DNA of 63,319 bases, counting the filler, from Octopus bimaculoides (taxonomy: Eukaryota): assembly GCF_001194135.2 (NCBI RefSeq). It is 8 parts of 6 records of this genome, joined end to end, with 100 filler letters (N's around TTAATTAATTAA, not from the genome) between each part and the next. Parts side by side here need not be neighbours in the genome. Positions count along the whole stretch, not along the records: positions 26,022 to 40,185 come from NC_069008.1; positions 40,286 to 43,010 come from NW_026434397.1; positions 43,111 to 48,319 come from NC_068982.1; positions 48,420 to 56,271 come from NC_068992.1; 4 more parts are not named here. One strand, 5' to 3'. The position numbers and the translations under genes are program-made. The notes beneath the pieces are model-generated. The model did no database searches. It had not been told where the DNA came from and worked only from the letters and a program-made list of their open reading frames with translations. Every line of letters begins with the position of its first letter. Within the stretch, counting starts at the first letter, position 1. This document shows positions 38,455 to 49,727 of this stretch, in pieces.

Positions 38455-38546
38455 GGAGAGAGGTAACTGGTGAGGCTCGGCTGTTCCAGTGCATCAGCCG
38501 CGGCAATGCTGCAAGCGTACTGGCGTGCCTCAATAGCCATTTAAGA
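38455..38546 (+). mobile_element. Short CRE 3'-terminal copy in the opposite orientation
   Basis: EVTGEARLFQCISRGNAASVLACLNSH; reverse-complement homologue of 37818-37918. Confidence 0.8.
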
Positions 38547-38838
38547 GGTTTCCCAGCGCCCCCAACTATTCAGCCCAAGGTAGTGAATTGCTTTTGTTTT
38601 GTTCTTTTTCTTTCTCTCTTTTTTTTCTTTTTAATTTTTTTAATTGTGTTCTGTTTTGTCCAATTTTCTAACTAAATTTTGTAAAACGGTAAACACTGTG
38701 AAGTAATAAAATTTGTATTTACTATTCTGTTTGACGTGGGAACTACTGCAATAATGTATTTTTTAGAAAGTCAAAAGTTGTGGCTGGTCATACAGTGACC
38801 ATTTGTTTTGCACCTATAAAGTGCTTAATAGTATACTG

Positions 38839-39418
38839 GGATCTATTGTAAAACGGGGGCACCAGTATTTTCTTAACGAAACTTGGGACACTGGTAGAAT
38901 GTGTCATATAAAACATCTTTTACTCTTAGTCTTCTTAACAAAAAAAAGGAATTCGCAAGTTATTCCATGTTAAAGTTGTCGTATTTCTGTAATTTCAACT
39001 AATCACTGACGTCTATTCAGCTGAATAGAGTTACTGCTGGGCGGTCATAAAAATGTTATTCCCTGTGACATATTTCATCCGGTTTAATCATAATTTATAC
39101 GCATATATTGTTTATATAATAAATTACGCTGTGTGTAACAATTTTAGAGTTCGGATTCTAGAGTTAGGGTTAGGGTTAGGGGATTAATACGATATACACC
39201 GTTACAGCGCTAACTGTTTTCAACTGAATAGACGTCAGTGATTAGTAGAAATTATCGAAATAAGACAATTTTTTACATGAAATAAATTCGAATACAAAAA
39301 TTTTTTTCTGTTCTATAACACAAAATAGATAAGTATACGAAGTTTGAAAGTCTTTCGGTACCAAAAACACTACGTAAAACATTAATGAAAACTGGCGCCC
39401 CCATTTTAAAATAGATCC
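38839..39418. mobile_element. MITE (~580 bp) with ~30-bp TIRs, subterminal inverted repeats and internal (TTAGGG)3
   Basis: GGATCTATTGTAAAACGGGGGCACCAGT vs ACTGGCGCCCCCATTTTAAAATAGATCC; CTAATCACTGACGTCTATTCAG inverted at ~39223-39245; TTAGGG x3 at ~39165-39182. Confidence 0.8.
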
Positions 39419-40185
39419 TTCGTTTTCTTCTTCTTACCTGTTAAAAATCATTTCATGGCACATATTGCACATATTGCAACGTCATCTTTAGGCGTAAATA
39501 TTTAGTAAGCATAGTTGCTGAAGTTGAGAGAGTTCAAAACATAGTTAGATGACAGGTGTTTTTTGTTTTTGCAAGAAAGTTTTCCTCAACTTTGCATCCG
39601 ATTGAAATTGAGGTTGCTAATAAAATATCTGGATAATTATTGGTGCTTAACAATCAATATTCTTTTCTCTGTTGAATTTCAAGTCAACATTTTTCCCCAC
39701 ACTAATGTCTGGTTCTCTTTAACTGCATTGTGCGTAATTATATCACGAAAAGATAACTTCTTCAGCAGATCGTGAAGAAGTTAAATATTATATGTTGAGG
39801 TTTTTTTTCTTAGTCGAGTTTCGTTAATTTCATATCATGTGTGCCATTTTTCACTAATCCTCTTTCATTTGACCTAGAAATTTAATTTTTGTTTAGCTTT
39901 TCTGATATTTAGGGATGGAGAATTGAAGCTGTAAATTTGCCTTTTCTTGAGTTACTCATTTTGCTCCAGCCAAATTTGTCTTTTATATGCTCAAAGAGAA
40001 CGGCGATAATTTTCTGAAATAGCGATCAGATTATGTTTTGAATGCTTTTAATGCATTTAACGCAGGCCCTTTACTTAGCTGATATAGTTTTTGTAAGGTA
40101 ATGAACATTTGTATAAAATATATTTTGTTTCAAAAGTGAAAAATCATGTAAAAACACCTCATTTTTGTCCCATCTCCTATATATA

Positions 40186-40285
40186 NNNNNNNNNNNNNNN
40201 NNNNNNNNNNNNNNNNNNNNNNNNNNNNNTTAATTAATTAANNNNNNNNNNNNNNNNNNNNNNNNNNNNNNNNNNNNNNNNNNNN
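40186..40285. other. Artificial scaffold linker
   Basis: N44-TTAATTAATTAA-N44. Confidence 0.97.
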
Positions 40286-40830
40286 TAAAATGTGTGGGAT
40301 TGATAATAAGAATCGTTTTCTTAAATGGGAGACTGGCTAGAACTGTGTCTTGTCCAATTCTGGTGATGTCGGTGACAGATGATGGGCAATGGACATCATT
40401 TCTCTCACCATCCGTTGTCACACAAGATATTGTCATGCAATAGCGGGAATATGTTACTATTCCCCCTTGAATGATAGCAATATTGGATATAACATTGTGT
40501 ACGTCCTCACAAGATTCATCGACCGCTACTTCTCTGGTGACAACCGGACATAGAGGACGAAATTTATTGATTATTTTTGGTATCTCAATGGTTTTTTGTT
40601 TGTCTTGTAAAATGTTTGTCTTTAAATAGTCTTTCAGAAACAATTCAAGTTTTCTAAAAATAATAAAATCTTGACTGTAATCATTTTCTTTAATGTCTCT
40701 CCGTAAGGTTTCTATACTCTGTTTAAAATCTTGTAGAAATTGTTTTTCATCCAATCCTATATATTTTAAAAATGTACATATTCTTTCTCGAAAATTTATC
40801 AACATATTAATTTTGTCTACATATGCATTG
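40286..40830 (-). CDS. Partial TRIM/B-box-type protein: coiled coil followed by the start of an NHL-like beta-propeller; open at both ends
   Basis: About 180 stop-free codons in AT-rich DNA. Helical NAYVDKINMLINFRERI..LRRDIKE, then DGERNDVHCPSSVTDITRIGQDTVLASLPFKKTILII, resembling the DIT..DTVAVSLP..K.I repeat of mollusc TRIM/NHL-like proteins. No RING or B-box is visible because of the gap. Confidence 0.5.
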
Positions 40831-41386
40831 NNNNNNNNNNNNNNNNNNNNNNNNNNNNNNNNNNNNNNNNNNNNNNNNNNNNNNNNNNNNNNNNNNNNNN
40901 NNNNNNNNNNNNNNNNNNNNNNNNNNNNNNNNNNNNNNNNNNNNNNNNNNNNNNNNNNNNNNNNNNNNNNNNNNNNNNNNNNNNNNNNNNNNNNNNNNNN
41001 NNNNNNNNNNNNNNNNNNNNNNNNNNNNNNNNNNNNNNNNNNNNNNNNNNNNNNNNNNNNNNNNNNNNNNNNNNNNNNNNNNNNNNNNNNNNNNNNNNNN
41101 NNNNNNNNNNNNNNNNNNNNNNNNNNNNNNNNNNNNNNNNNNNNNNNNNNNNNNNNNNNNNNNNNNNNNNNNNNNNNNNNNNNNNNNNNNNNNNNNNNNN
41201 NNNNNNNNNNNNNNNNNNNNNNNNNNCAGTGTCAGGGTTGCAATACTAATGATTAGAAATAAATATCTTATTACACTCTGTCGTATAAATATATGACATA
41301 TTAATTAGTTTCATTAATTAGAGGGAGTATAAATATTGATTTTAAAAGTTGGCACAAGGCCAGCGGTTTGGAGGGGGGCTAAGTCG

Positions 41387-41426
<40 letters not shown>

Positions 41427-41438
41427 TAATAATAATAG

Positions 41439-41672
41439 ACTTTACTATCGATCTAGAGAAGGAAAGGCGATCGATATGACAGGTTGTCTTGGGAGGTTAA
41501 GCACTTATGGTCGATGACAAAGGTGGTAGTAGTACCAATAATTGTCGGAGCCCTGGGAACAGTGAGCAAAAATCTCGGAAGGTGCTCGAAAAATAAGAGG
41601 TGTTACCTTAGTTCACTGGTAGTGAACAGCTGACATCGTTGTACATCTCCAGCGTTAGAAGCTGTGCAAAAG
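41439..41672 (+). mobile_element. 5'-truncated RLE-type (Dong/R4-like) 3' end between (AAT)n tracts
   Basis: TKVVVVPIIVGALGTVSKNLG is the typical RLE C-terminal motif; flanked by (AAT)n at 41390-41438 and 41672-41775. Confidence 0.72.
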
Positions 41673-41709
41673 CAATAATAATAATAATAACAATAATAAT
41701 AATAATAAC

Positions 41710-41775
<66 letters not shown>

Positions 41776-42967
41776 CGACTGAGTCAAATCGAGGAAACTG
41801 CTGACACCACACAGAATACACTACCTAAAATCAGATGTCCACAAGCTCTATCTTTGACGAAAGGAAGGCGGCAGAGGTTTAATCGAACTAAAAACGTCCT
41901 TTAAAACAACTGCGATAAGACTGCAGGTGTACATTCAAAGTAACACCGACTGGATGATACAGTTGGCAAGGCAACATGAAGAGTATAAGAAACTGTACTC
42001 AATCTCAAAGGAGGCATTTAATTATAGACGAAAGCTTAACCTGCCTGGTTATGATGATGATAAGGATGGCACAAAATTCACTACGGCAGCAAAAAAGAGT
42101 AAAACAAAAGCCGATTAGGGAAGCTTTAATGTAATATCAAGAGTGTTGCAAAAAATGCATTGCATGGGCAATCTCCCAAAGGACTAGAGAAGTTGATGTA
42201 GATAGGAGAAGAACTCATCCGTGGCTGCAGAGTGTTGGTTTGAAAGTCGAAACAGAAGGATTTACCTTAGCAGCATAAGAACAAAGTCTCCTCACTCGGG
42301 ACTATCAAGCTAATGTCACAAACATTGAGGTAGATACAAAGTGTAAACTATGCAAGGACAAACTTGAGAGCATTGAGAACATTGTTACCGATTGCTCAGT
42401 CCTTGATCCTACAGAATATAAACGAGGTATGACCAAATTAGTCAATATTGCAAGGGAACATACACCATCAATATGATATTCCCGCAACCTAAAAACTGGT
42501 ATGAACGCCATCCGGAGCCAGTCATAGAGGGCGAGAACATTACCACCATATGGGATTATAGAATACATGCAGACAGGCAAATAAATGGTAACAGACCAGA
42601 CATCGTCATCAAAGACCTAAGGCAAAAAAAAAAACATGCCTGTTAATTGAAATGATAGTGCCTTCTGAACAAAGGAATTTGAAAAACTGTCGAAATATAA
42701 GGACCTTGAGATCAAGATATCTAGACCGTGACAATTAAAAACCAAAACCATTCTTGTTGATGGTGGTGCTTGGGAATGATCAAGAAAGATACTGCCAAAT
42801 ATTTTGAACGAATCCTTGGGAAATCATCAATCTATAAGACTCAAAAATATGTGTTGACGTCAAGCTCCCAAATTCTCAGGAAGTTTCTCTCCATCTAATA
42901 TAAACGTGACTTAGGTCTCAGGTGAAGACCCGGCCAGACGATGAAATAAAATGCAAATCAATCGGTA

Positions 42968-43010
<43 letters not shown>
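41776..43010 (+). mobile_element. 5'-truncated Dong/R4 retrotransposon (CCHC and RLE, 3'UTR, (TAA)n tail)
   Basis: KSDVHKLYL*RKEGGRGLIEL..LKVETEGFTLAA*EQSLLTR..KCKLCKDKLESIENIVTDC..TIWDYRIHADRQINGNRPDIVIKD..KYKDLEIKI, then (AAT)n from 42969. Confidence 0.9.
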
Positions 43011-43110
43011 NNNNNNNNNNNNNNNNNNNNNNNNNNNNNNNNNNNNNNNNNNNNTTAATTAATTAANNNNNNNNNNNNNNNNNNNNNNNNNNNNNNNNNN
43101 NNNNNNNNNN
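43011..43110. other. Artificial scaffold linker
   Basis: N44-TTAATTAATTAA-N44. Confidence 0.97.
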
Positions 43111-43568
43111 ATATATATATATAATATAATATTAGGATAAAAACTTTATAAGAATTTATCAAGTAGTTAGCGTGGAAAAACCTCATAAGTAATGCCCTTA
43201 TATAAATTAAATATATATATATATATATATGAATTTTAGTGCATGAAGATGGAATGAACAGGCTTTAATCCAAATCGCTACAATTGTTTGTGCTGTAGTA
43301 TCGGCTGGTAATTGCCGAGTGTTTCACGCATTATAAACATTCTTGCATTAATATTATCTAATACTAGCTGTATGCCTGCATGTTTTCAGACGAGTAGGTT
43401 TGAGAGCAGCGCTCTTACCTAAAGGCGTGCAGATATACACCTATTGTTGGATCATATTACTGCAATAATGTGTACTAGCTGGACCCGTGAAAAATTCACG
43501 GAAAGCATTAAAAATGTAAGCAACTGTAAACAGTGTATTGATGCCATTAGAAATATTTGTATATTATG

Positions 43569-43720
43569 ACCATCTGTCTTTACGTTCTGAATTCAAATTC
43601 TGCTGAAGTCGACTTTACCTTTCGTCCTTTGGGGTTCGATAAATTAAGTACCAGTTGTGTACTGGAGTCGATCTAATCAACTGGCCTCCCTCTCCACAAA
43701 GATTTCAGGCCTAGAAAAGT
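43569..43720 (+). mobile_element. Family B SINE fragment
   Basis: CTTTACGTTCTGAATTCAAATTCTGCTGAAGTCGACTTT matches 17760-17800. Confidence 0.78.
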
Positions 43721-43859
43721 ACATTGTGACAGTTACAGAATATAGAAAGTAATGTAACACCAATGACTATATAATCCAACCAAAATATCTGTTACACAAA
43801 CGTAAACGGAATTACTATTTAACCTTAGAATACATCGTATATATTCAAGGAACCTTCTT

Positions 43860-44035
43860 GGTTTAGTTCGATATTACTGCACTTCTTTGAGCTTCATGCC
43901 GTGATGTAGGCTCATCTGAGACCTTGGACAGCAGGAGATTGTTTCTTGAAAACATTTACTCCAACTTCATGTAGATCTCTCAGATTTTTCAGCAATATAT
44001 TGAATAGTTGTGGGACTTTGAATCCCAAGTTATTG
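43860..44035 (-). mobile_element. CR1-clade LINE 3' fragment
   Basis: PQLFNILLKNLRDLHEVGVNVFK..LLSKVSDEPTSR is a CR1 ORF2 C-terminus. Confidence 0.65.
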
Positions 44036-46514
44036 CTTTACAGGGCCCTCACTGAAGACGTGATGGGTGGGACCTTTAGAACAGTGCGGTGACGTCTAGT
44101 TTGGAGGCTGGTATAACTTTTAATGCCCAAGTTTAATGTGGGGAGAGTGTCACAAAAAATGGAGAAGAAATTTTCGCAATATGTTCTGAGCAAAAATAAT
44201 AAATACCATGATAAAAAATTAAGGTACAAAAGAAAAACTAGAAGTGGTCATATTGTATCAATTTTCTTTTTGTTGTAGTTTACAAATGTTATTATGGAAT
44301 AAAATCTGTAATTATCTCGGGAATTGTCAGAATCTATCAATACCTTTTTCATTGGCATCAGATTTGTTCTCAAAAGCTTTTACCTAATCACCACTCGTCG
44401 TATAACGTTGAGATAAAAGTTTATCTTCCATTGTTTCATCTGCCTTTACTAGGTTTCTATCATTCTTATAGTGCTGAATTATTGAAAATCCAGACGAAAC
44501 ACTGATCATAAAAATAATATAGCAACAATATCTTACCTTCATAATACTGGAAATATTTTTTTTATAGTTTTCCTTTAAAAATCGTTTCGTAACTTTATCA
44601 AGCTGATACACAGTTATCTTTTCTAGCTTGCCTTTGTTGGTTATAAAGTTTGCTGCATTCACTTGAGCGTATCTGATGAAATTGCTTGATATATGATATA
44701 TGATTCTTTGTATACCTTGTGTTTCACGATGAAACAGCTATGGAAAGAATTGCACAATAGTGGAATGCCCCTTCGTGTAGAAAATAATAGATCACGACGA
44801 ATATTTGTTTAATAACACATGACAATCTACTTGTAAACCTTTGCTCACTTTTTGAAATCATAGTTTTATGCGTGAGTAAATGTGTGATGCAGCGACAGAA
44901 AGTATGCAAGCTGAAGACTAATCCAAATATGTTTGAAAGATATTTGAACACTGCAGTTTGTCGTAAAGAAAAATTATTGCTTCAGACAAAAAGGTGTTAA
45001 AACACCATGGTCAAACATATTTGAACAGGAGTTAAGTTTGCTTAATTTTATGTTTGCGTGTAATCTAACTCCAGTATAGTAAGACATCACCAGAACATAG
45101 TGATGTCATTCAGCTGTTAAATATGGAATGAAGCGTTGTTTTCCTTTTGGTCTTCAGGGTTATTTTCACATTTCCTCCAAACTTGTTATTCGATGTTTCA
45201 TTTCCATCAAATTTTCTATTCGGAAATATTTAAGGACAAACATTTAAGAATAATATTTCTGAAAAATATCTAAGAGTAATATCTTGCAAGCCTACATCAC
45301 AAAACTACAACAATGTTAGAATAGCAACTTTATGTAAAATAAATCCTTGAAAATCACAGTGATGTGAAAATAACAACTTGATATAAAATCCTGGTATTGT
45401 GACACTCATATCATCATTATCTAAAACCACAGCATTCTAAAAATAACAATTTGATGTAAAATCACGGTATCCTGACTTCTGTAACGTTATTGTCAAAATC
45501 ACAGCAATATAAAAATGTCAACTGCATCCTAGTAGCTAGTATCAATGTATAACGATGCAATGTAAATACAGAATTTAATCTAAGATCATAAACTCCCAGT
45601 ACAATGAAAATAGTGACTTATAAAATCATAATGCTATCAAAACCCTTAATATTAATCTCATATTCGTAGCAAAAGGCACCCATGTTTTAGAACTAATACT
45701 TAATATCCCTTACATTATAAAATGAAGTATTCAGATAAGGTCAATAACTGGATTCAAAAGCACAAGAAAATTCTTCTTGTCAGGATGGAGTCTTGTGCAG
45801 AAATGAAGTGAATTGTTTGTAACTGGTTGATGATTGGCTGCACATTAATTGATGATATGAGATGAAAGCCTCAAGTCATATCAATTTATCTACTGTGACT
45901 TAACTTTAGCCTTCCCTGATGACGGATCTGTGAATTCGGTTTCTTACATTGTGGTATTTGCGGGTAGAGTCCTTTTCCATATTTTAAGGGGTGTATCTGT
46001 TCCGTGACTGCAAACACAGATCAGACTGTACTTTACTTACATATATAAATTAATTCGAGAAATTAATTATATCTCAACATTCTCTCCCGTTTTCTTGGGA
46101 TGGGCTGTCGCTATTAGTTACTGCTACGTTTTGTTTTCATTCTCCAACTAAATGGGGGAAATTCAATTAATTAAGCACATTATATGTACGACATTCACTA
46201 CACCATCTCTTAACTTAATTATCCATATTCCCGCCATTAATCCATTTAAGTTACTTCTCTTTGTTCATTCTATTTTTAATTATCTAAATAATACTGGCCC
46301 AAAATAATTCGTAACTTATTCGTAACTTTTGTGCTATATATACAAATAATCTCTCAACAGATCTGCAAGCTTCAAAAGAGTACAGTATATTGATGTGTTC
46401 TAGATAGATAAATAGGAACATTTCCATAGTTATCTTCCTTGCATGCAAACACACATCATACTGTCCTTTCTCTAAGTATGTATATTAACTTGAGGAATAT
46501 AGACGTTTGTTAGT

Positions 46515-47140
46515 TTTGAGAGACCATAGATCTGCACCTGGAAAATCTTGCTTCAGTTTTTTCGTCAGAATAGAATTAGCTGTGACTATAGAGACATCCA
46601 GATGTGAGTGATAGACCCGGCAGCAGTGATTTCATTTAAAGGCACTGTCTACCAGTCTTGGCCTAATGTTTTTTTTTCTGCATTAGCAAGTGTCAGCCTC
46701 TCCTTTCGTCATTTAAAACCCCTGCTTAGTTCCACCTCCCAGTAGAGAGCGATCATCAGCAATGTCCTCTCACCATTCAGAGTTCACGCAAAAATAATTA
46801 ATATCTCTTTCAAAGATATCTTTGAAACGAAGATGGTGTCAACGTAGTGTTCTCTTGCCTGAGATCAATTCCCCCCACAGCAGTTCTTTCAGAATCCTTC
46901 GATCTGGAATGCTGTTTACGTGGCTCAACAAGCGGAGGCATTATTGTTGAAACAGGATGAGCATGCTAGATGTCTGAGCTCGATCTAGGACTTCATTGTT
47001 TGTGATTCGATCCGATGTCCAGGATCCGCCTCCGGCTGCCGAAGGCTTAAGGCAGACACGAGCAATCCTTTTGAGAAGTGGGTCGTACGATTTATGACTC
47101 ATCATCGGCGGGCCACACTATTAAAAGTATTTAAAATTAT
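46515..47140 (-). mobile_element. RTE (BovB-like) LINE 3' fragment
   Basis: DRITNNEVLDRAQTSSMLILFQQ*CLRLLSHVNSIPDRRILKELLWGEL..LRFKDIFERD; terminal ATGGTCTCTC-like motif. Confidence 0.8.
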
Positions 47141-48319
47141 TTTTCGTTAGGCCTGTCATTCAGAAAGTCCTGCGGGCTGCAGTTTGTTCGTGACTGGTTT
47201 AAGACATTGAGACGTCGCTCTTATTTGGACTAGATGTTCCAGATGTCACTGTTGTTAAGCAGTGGCACTCTAAGTATGTAAATCAACTTGGGAAATGACT
47301 TGCTAATTTTACGCGATTATCTCCCTTTTCCGTTAGGAGTCGCTAACAGTTGCTGCTAGGTTTATCCAATAGTTCTTTTTCTTTTTATCGTTTTAAGAGG
47401 GAAATTCAATTATTTAATTTGTGAGTATGATATTCAACATGTAACCCTTTAACTTAATTATCCAAATTAGTGTTACTAATTCATTTGACTTATTTCTCTT
47501 AGCTTATTTTTTATTTCATTATTCATATTAAAATAAAATAAATTTGCAGCCATGTAGTCTCGGGTTTAGTCTAACTATGAGACACCTTGGTCAAATATCT
47601 TCTACTATAGTCTCAGGCAGACCAATACATTGTGATTGAATTAAGTGAACGGAAACTGTGTGGAAACCCAACGTGTGTGTATATATATGTATCCAAATAC
47701 ATAAATGTGTAATGGTGTCTGTCTGTGTATGTGTTTGGGGTTACTCTAACTCCTCCCACACCGTCCAACTGATTTTAATGGTTTTTGGGACATAGGTAGA
47801 TCACTTGCCCAGTAGTTCAAATAAGGCCTGAATTTTTCGAAAGTTCGATAACGCTCAGTTGGCATCGATTTTTGTGAGCTCAATCGGGCGTTTGAATGGA
47901 AGTTTCCATAACGATGTTATTTTTCCTGCAGCTTTTGCATTTTTTGTCCGATTTTGATGAAAATCGATGAGTGAGCGAGGTTCATGGCAGTGAGTTCATG
48001 TCAAAACATCGATAATTGACAGAAAATCGATAATTGCGCCTGAGCAGTGGTTTTATAAAATCTATATCCTTTTTGCGTGCAAATACCCATAGGGATTTTA
48101 TTTTGTCCGTAACTTTTATATTTTCATGTAAATGGTCACATGGATTCTATTTTATGACATAACCTTAACACTTTACTTCGGATTTTGCTGAGATTGAACA
48201 CGCTGATCAATTTTGTACAGAGGGTGGCATTAAGCGGAGAGAAATAAACATCTTTCCCAACGGGTCGAGGTACACCCAAAAGTTTGACTGCGATTTCAGA
48301 CGGTCCAGTATGTAGGAGT

Positions 48320-48419
48320 NNNNNNNNNNNNNNNNNNNNNNNNNNNNNNNNNNNNNNNNNNNNTTAATTAATTAANNNNNNNNNNNNNNNNNNNNNNNNN
48401 NNNNNNNNNNNNNNNNNNN
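48320..48419. other. Artificial scaffold linker
   Basis: N44-TTAATTAATTAA-N44. Confidence 0.97.
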
Positions 48420-48429
48420 TGTGTGTGAA

Positions 48430-48752
48430 GGTACATGGCTCAGTGGTTAGAGCATCGAGCTTACGATTGTGAGTTTGATTCCTGGACCGGGCTGCATGTT
48501 GTGTTCTTGAGCAAGACACTTTATTTCAGGTTGCTCCAGTTCACTCAGCTGTAGAAATGAGTTGTGATGTCACTGGTGCCAAGCTGTATTGGCCTTTGCC
48601 TTTCCCTTGGAAAACATCAGTGGTGTGGAGAGGGGAGGCCGGTATGCATGGGCGACTGCTGGTCATTGATAAACAGCTTTGCCCGGATCTGTGCCTCGGT
48701 GGGTAACATTCTAGGTGCAATCCCATGGTCATTCATAACAGAAGGGGGTCTC
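48430..48752 (+). mobile_element. tRNA-derived CORE-type SINE (family C)
   Basis: A box TGGCTCAGTGGTTAGAGC, B box GAGTTTGATTCC, CORE-like GTGTTCTTGAGCAAGACACTT; tail homologous to 33385-33475. Confidence 0.85.
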
Positions 48753-49005
48753 CTCTATACATATAGCATTGAAATATTCTAGCTTCATGTACTTTTCTAA
48801 CTTGTAAATATTGTTTGTTCATGCAAAACATGAAATTGAAAGACACTATTACTGTTGTTTCTGCTTCAATATTTATAGCATGATGTACATCTGTATAACA
48901 GTGGATTTTAATTTTCTAATTTATAAATATTGTACTGTTTTTTCATGCAAAAACTTGAAATTACACAATGTAGACATAGACATATTTCCAAACCCATGAA
49001 CTCAC

Positions 49006-49042
<37 letters not shown>

Positions 49043-49627
49043 TACTTATATATTTAAATTTTTATAGAACCTCTTATCTTCCCTCTGGCACCTTAAGAAA
49101 AACAAGAAAAAAATAGAAAAAAAGAAAAAAGAGAAGAAAAAATGCTCCGTGATGACTGCACCGCATCCTAGGAGAGATCGCCATCCTTGAACTCATTTCA
49201 ACAGAACGGTAAATTACTAAATAAATAAATAAATGGATGGAAGTCAAAACTGGAGGGGTTCTCCCCCTCTCTACCTACCTTTCTGCCTGTCTACCTATCT
49301 ATCTATCTATCAATCTATTTATCAATCTATCTACCTATCTATCTGTCTATCTACCTATCTATCTACATTGTCCTGGAACTTCACCCAAAAAAGCAAATAA
49401 ACTAAAACAATGCTCTCCTCTTCTAAACAAAACAAAAAAACATCTGTTTTATATAAATAAACAATCTGTTTGTACATTCACAGAAAAATTTATTTGACAA
49501 GTTCAAAAAACAACTGAAAGTGCTAATAATAATGACTAAATAAAAAGATTCTTTTTTCCAAATCCTGGCGACCTTCTCTTTTCTCAATATTAAATATCTG
49601 TACACCACTTCCAACACTCTATACATA

Positions 49628-49629
49628 CA

Positions 49630-49690
<61 letters not shown>

Positions 49691-49727
49691 ATGTGTGCGT
49701 GCGTGTGTGCGTGTGTGTGTGTGTGTG
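49628..49727. repeat. (GT)n microsatellite at the 5' junction of an RTE
   Basis: Tandem GT. Confidence 0.95.

Noticed and set aside
38241-38675. 144-aa plus-strand ORF as a host gene
   Set aside because: Chimera of antisense CRE sequence, a CRE C-terminus and a T-rich tract.
27348-40830. Functional linkage of the ZNF and TRIM-like genes
   Set aside because: Separated by an artificial linker at 40186-40285.
44384-44951. Two short minus-strand ORFs as a possible transposase
   Set aside because: No recognisable catalytic or DNA-binding motif.
45915-45945. CTGATGACGGATC.. hammerhead-like start (also CTGATGA at ~29925, ~33174, ~50560)
   Set aside because: No GAAA after a closing stem II.
48430-48500. 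tRNA gene
   Set aside because: A and B boxes are present but there is no acceptor or anticodon cloverleaf; it continues into a SINE body.
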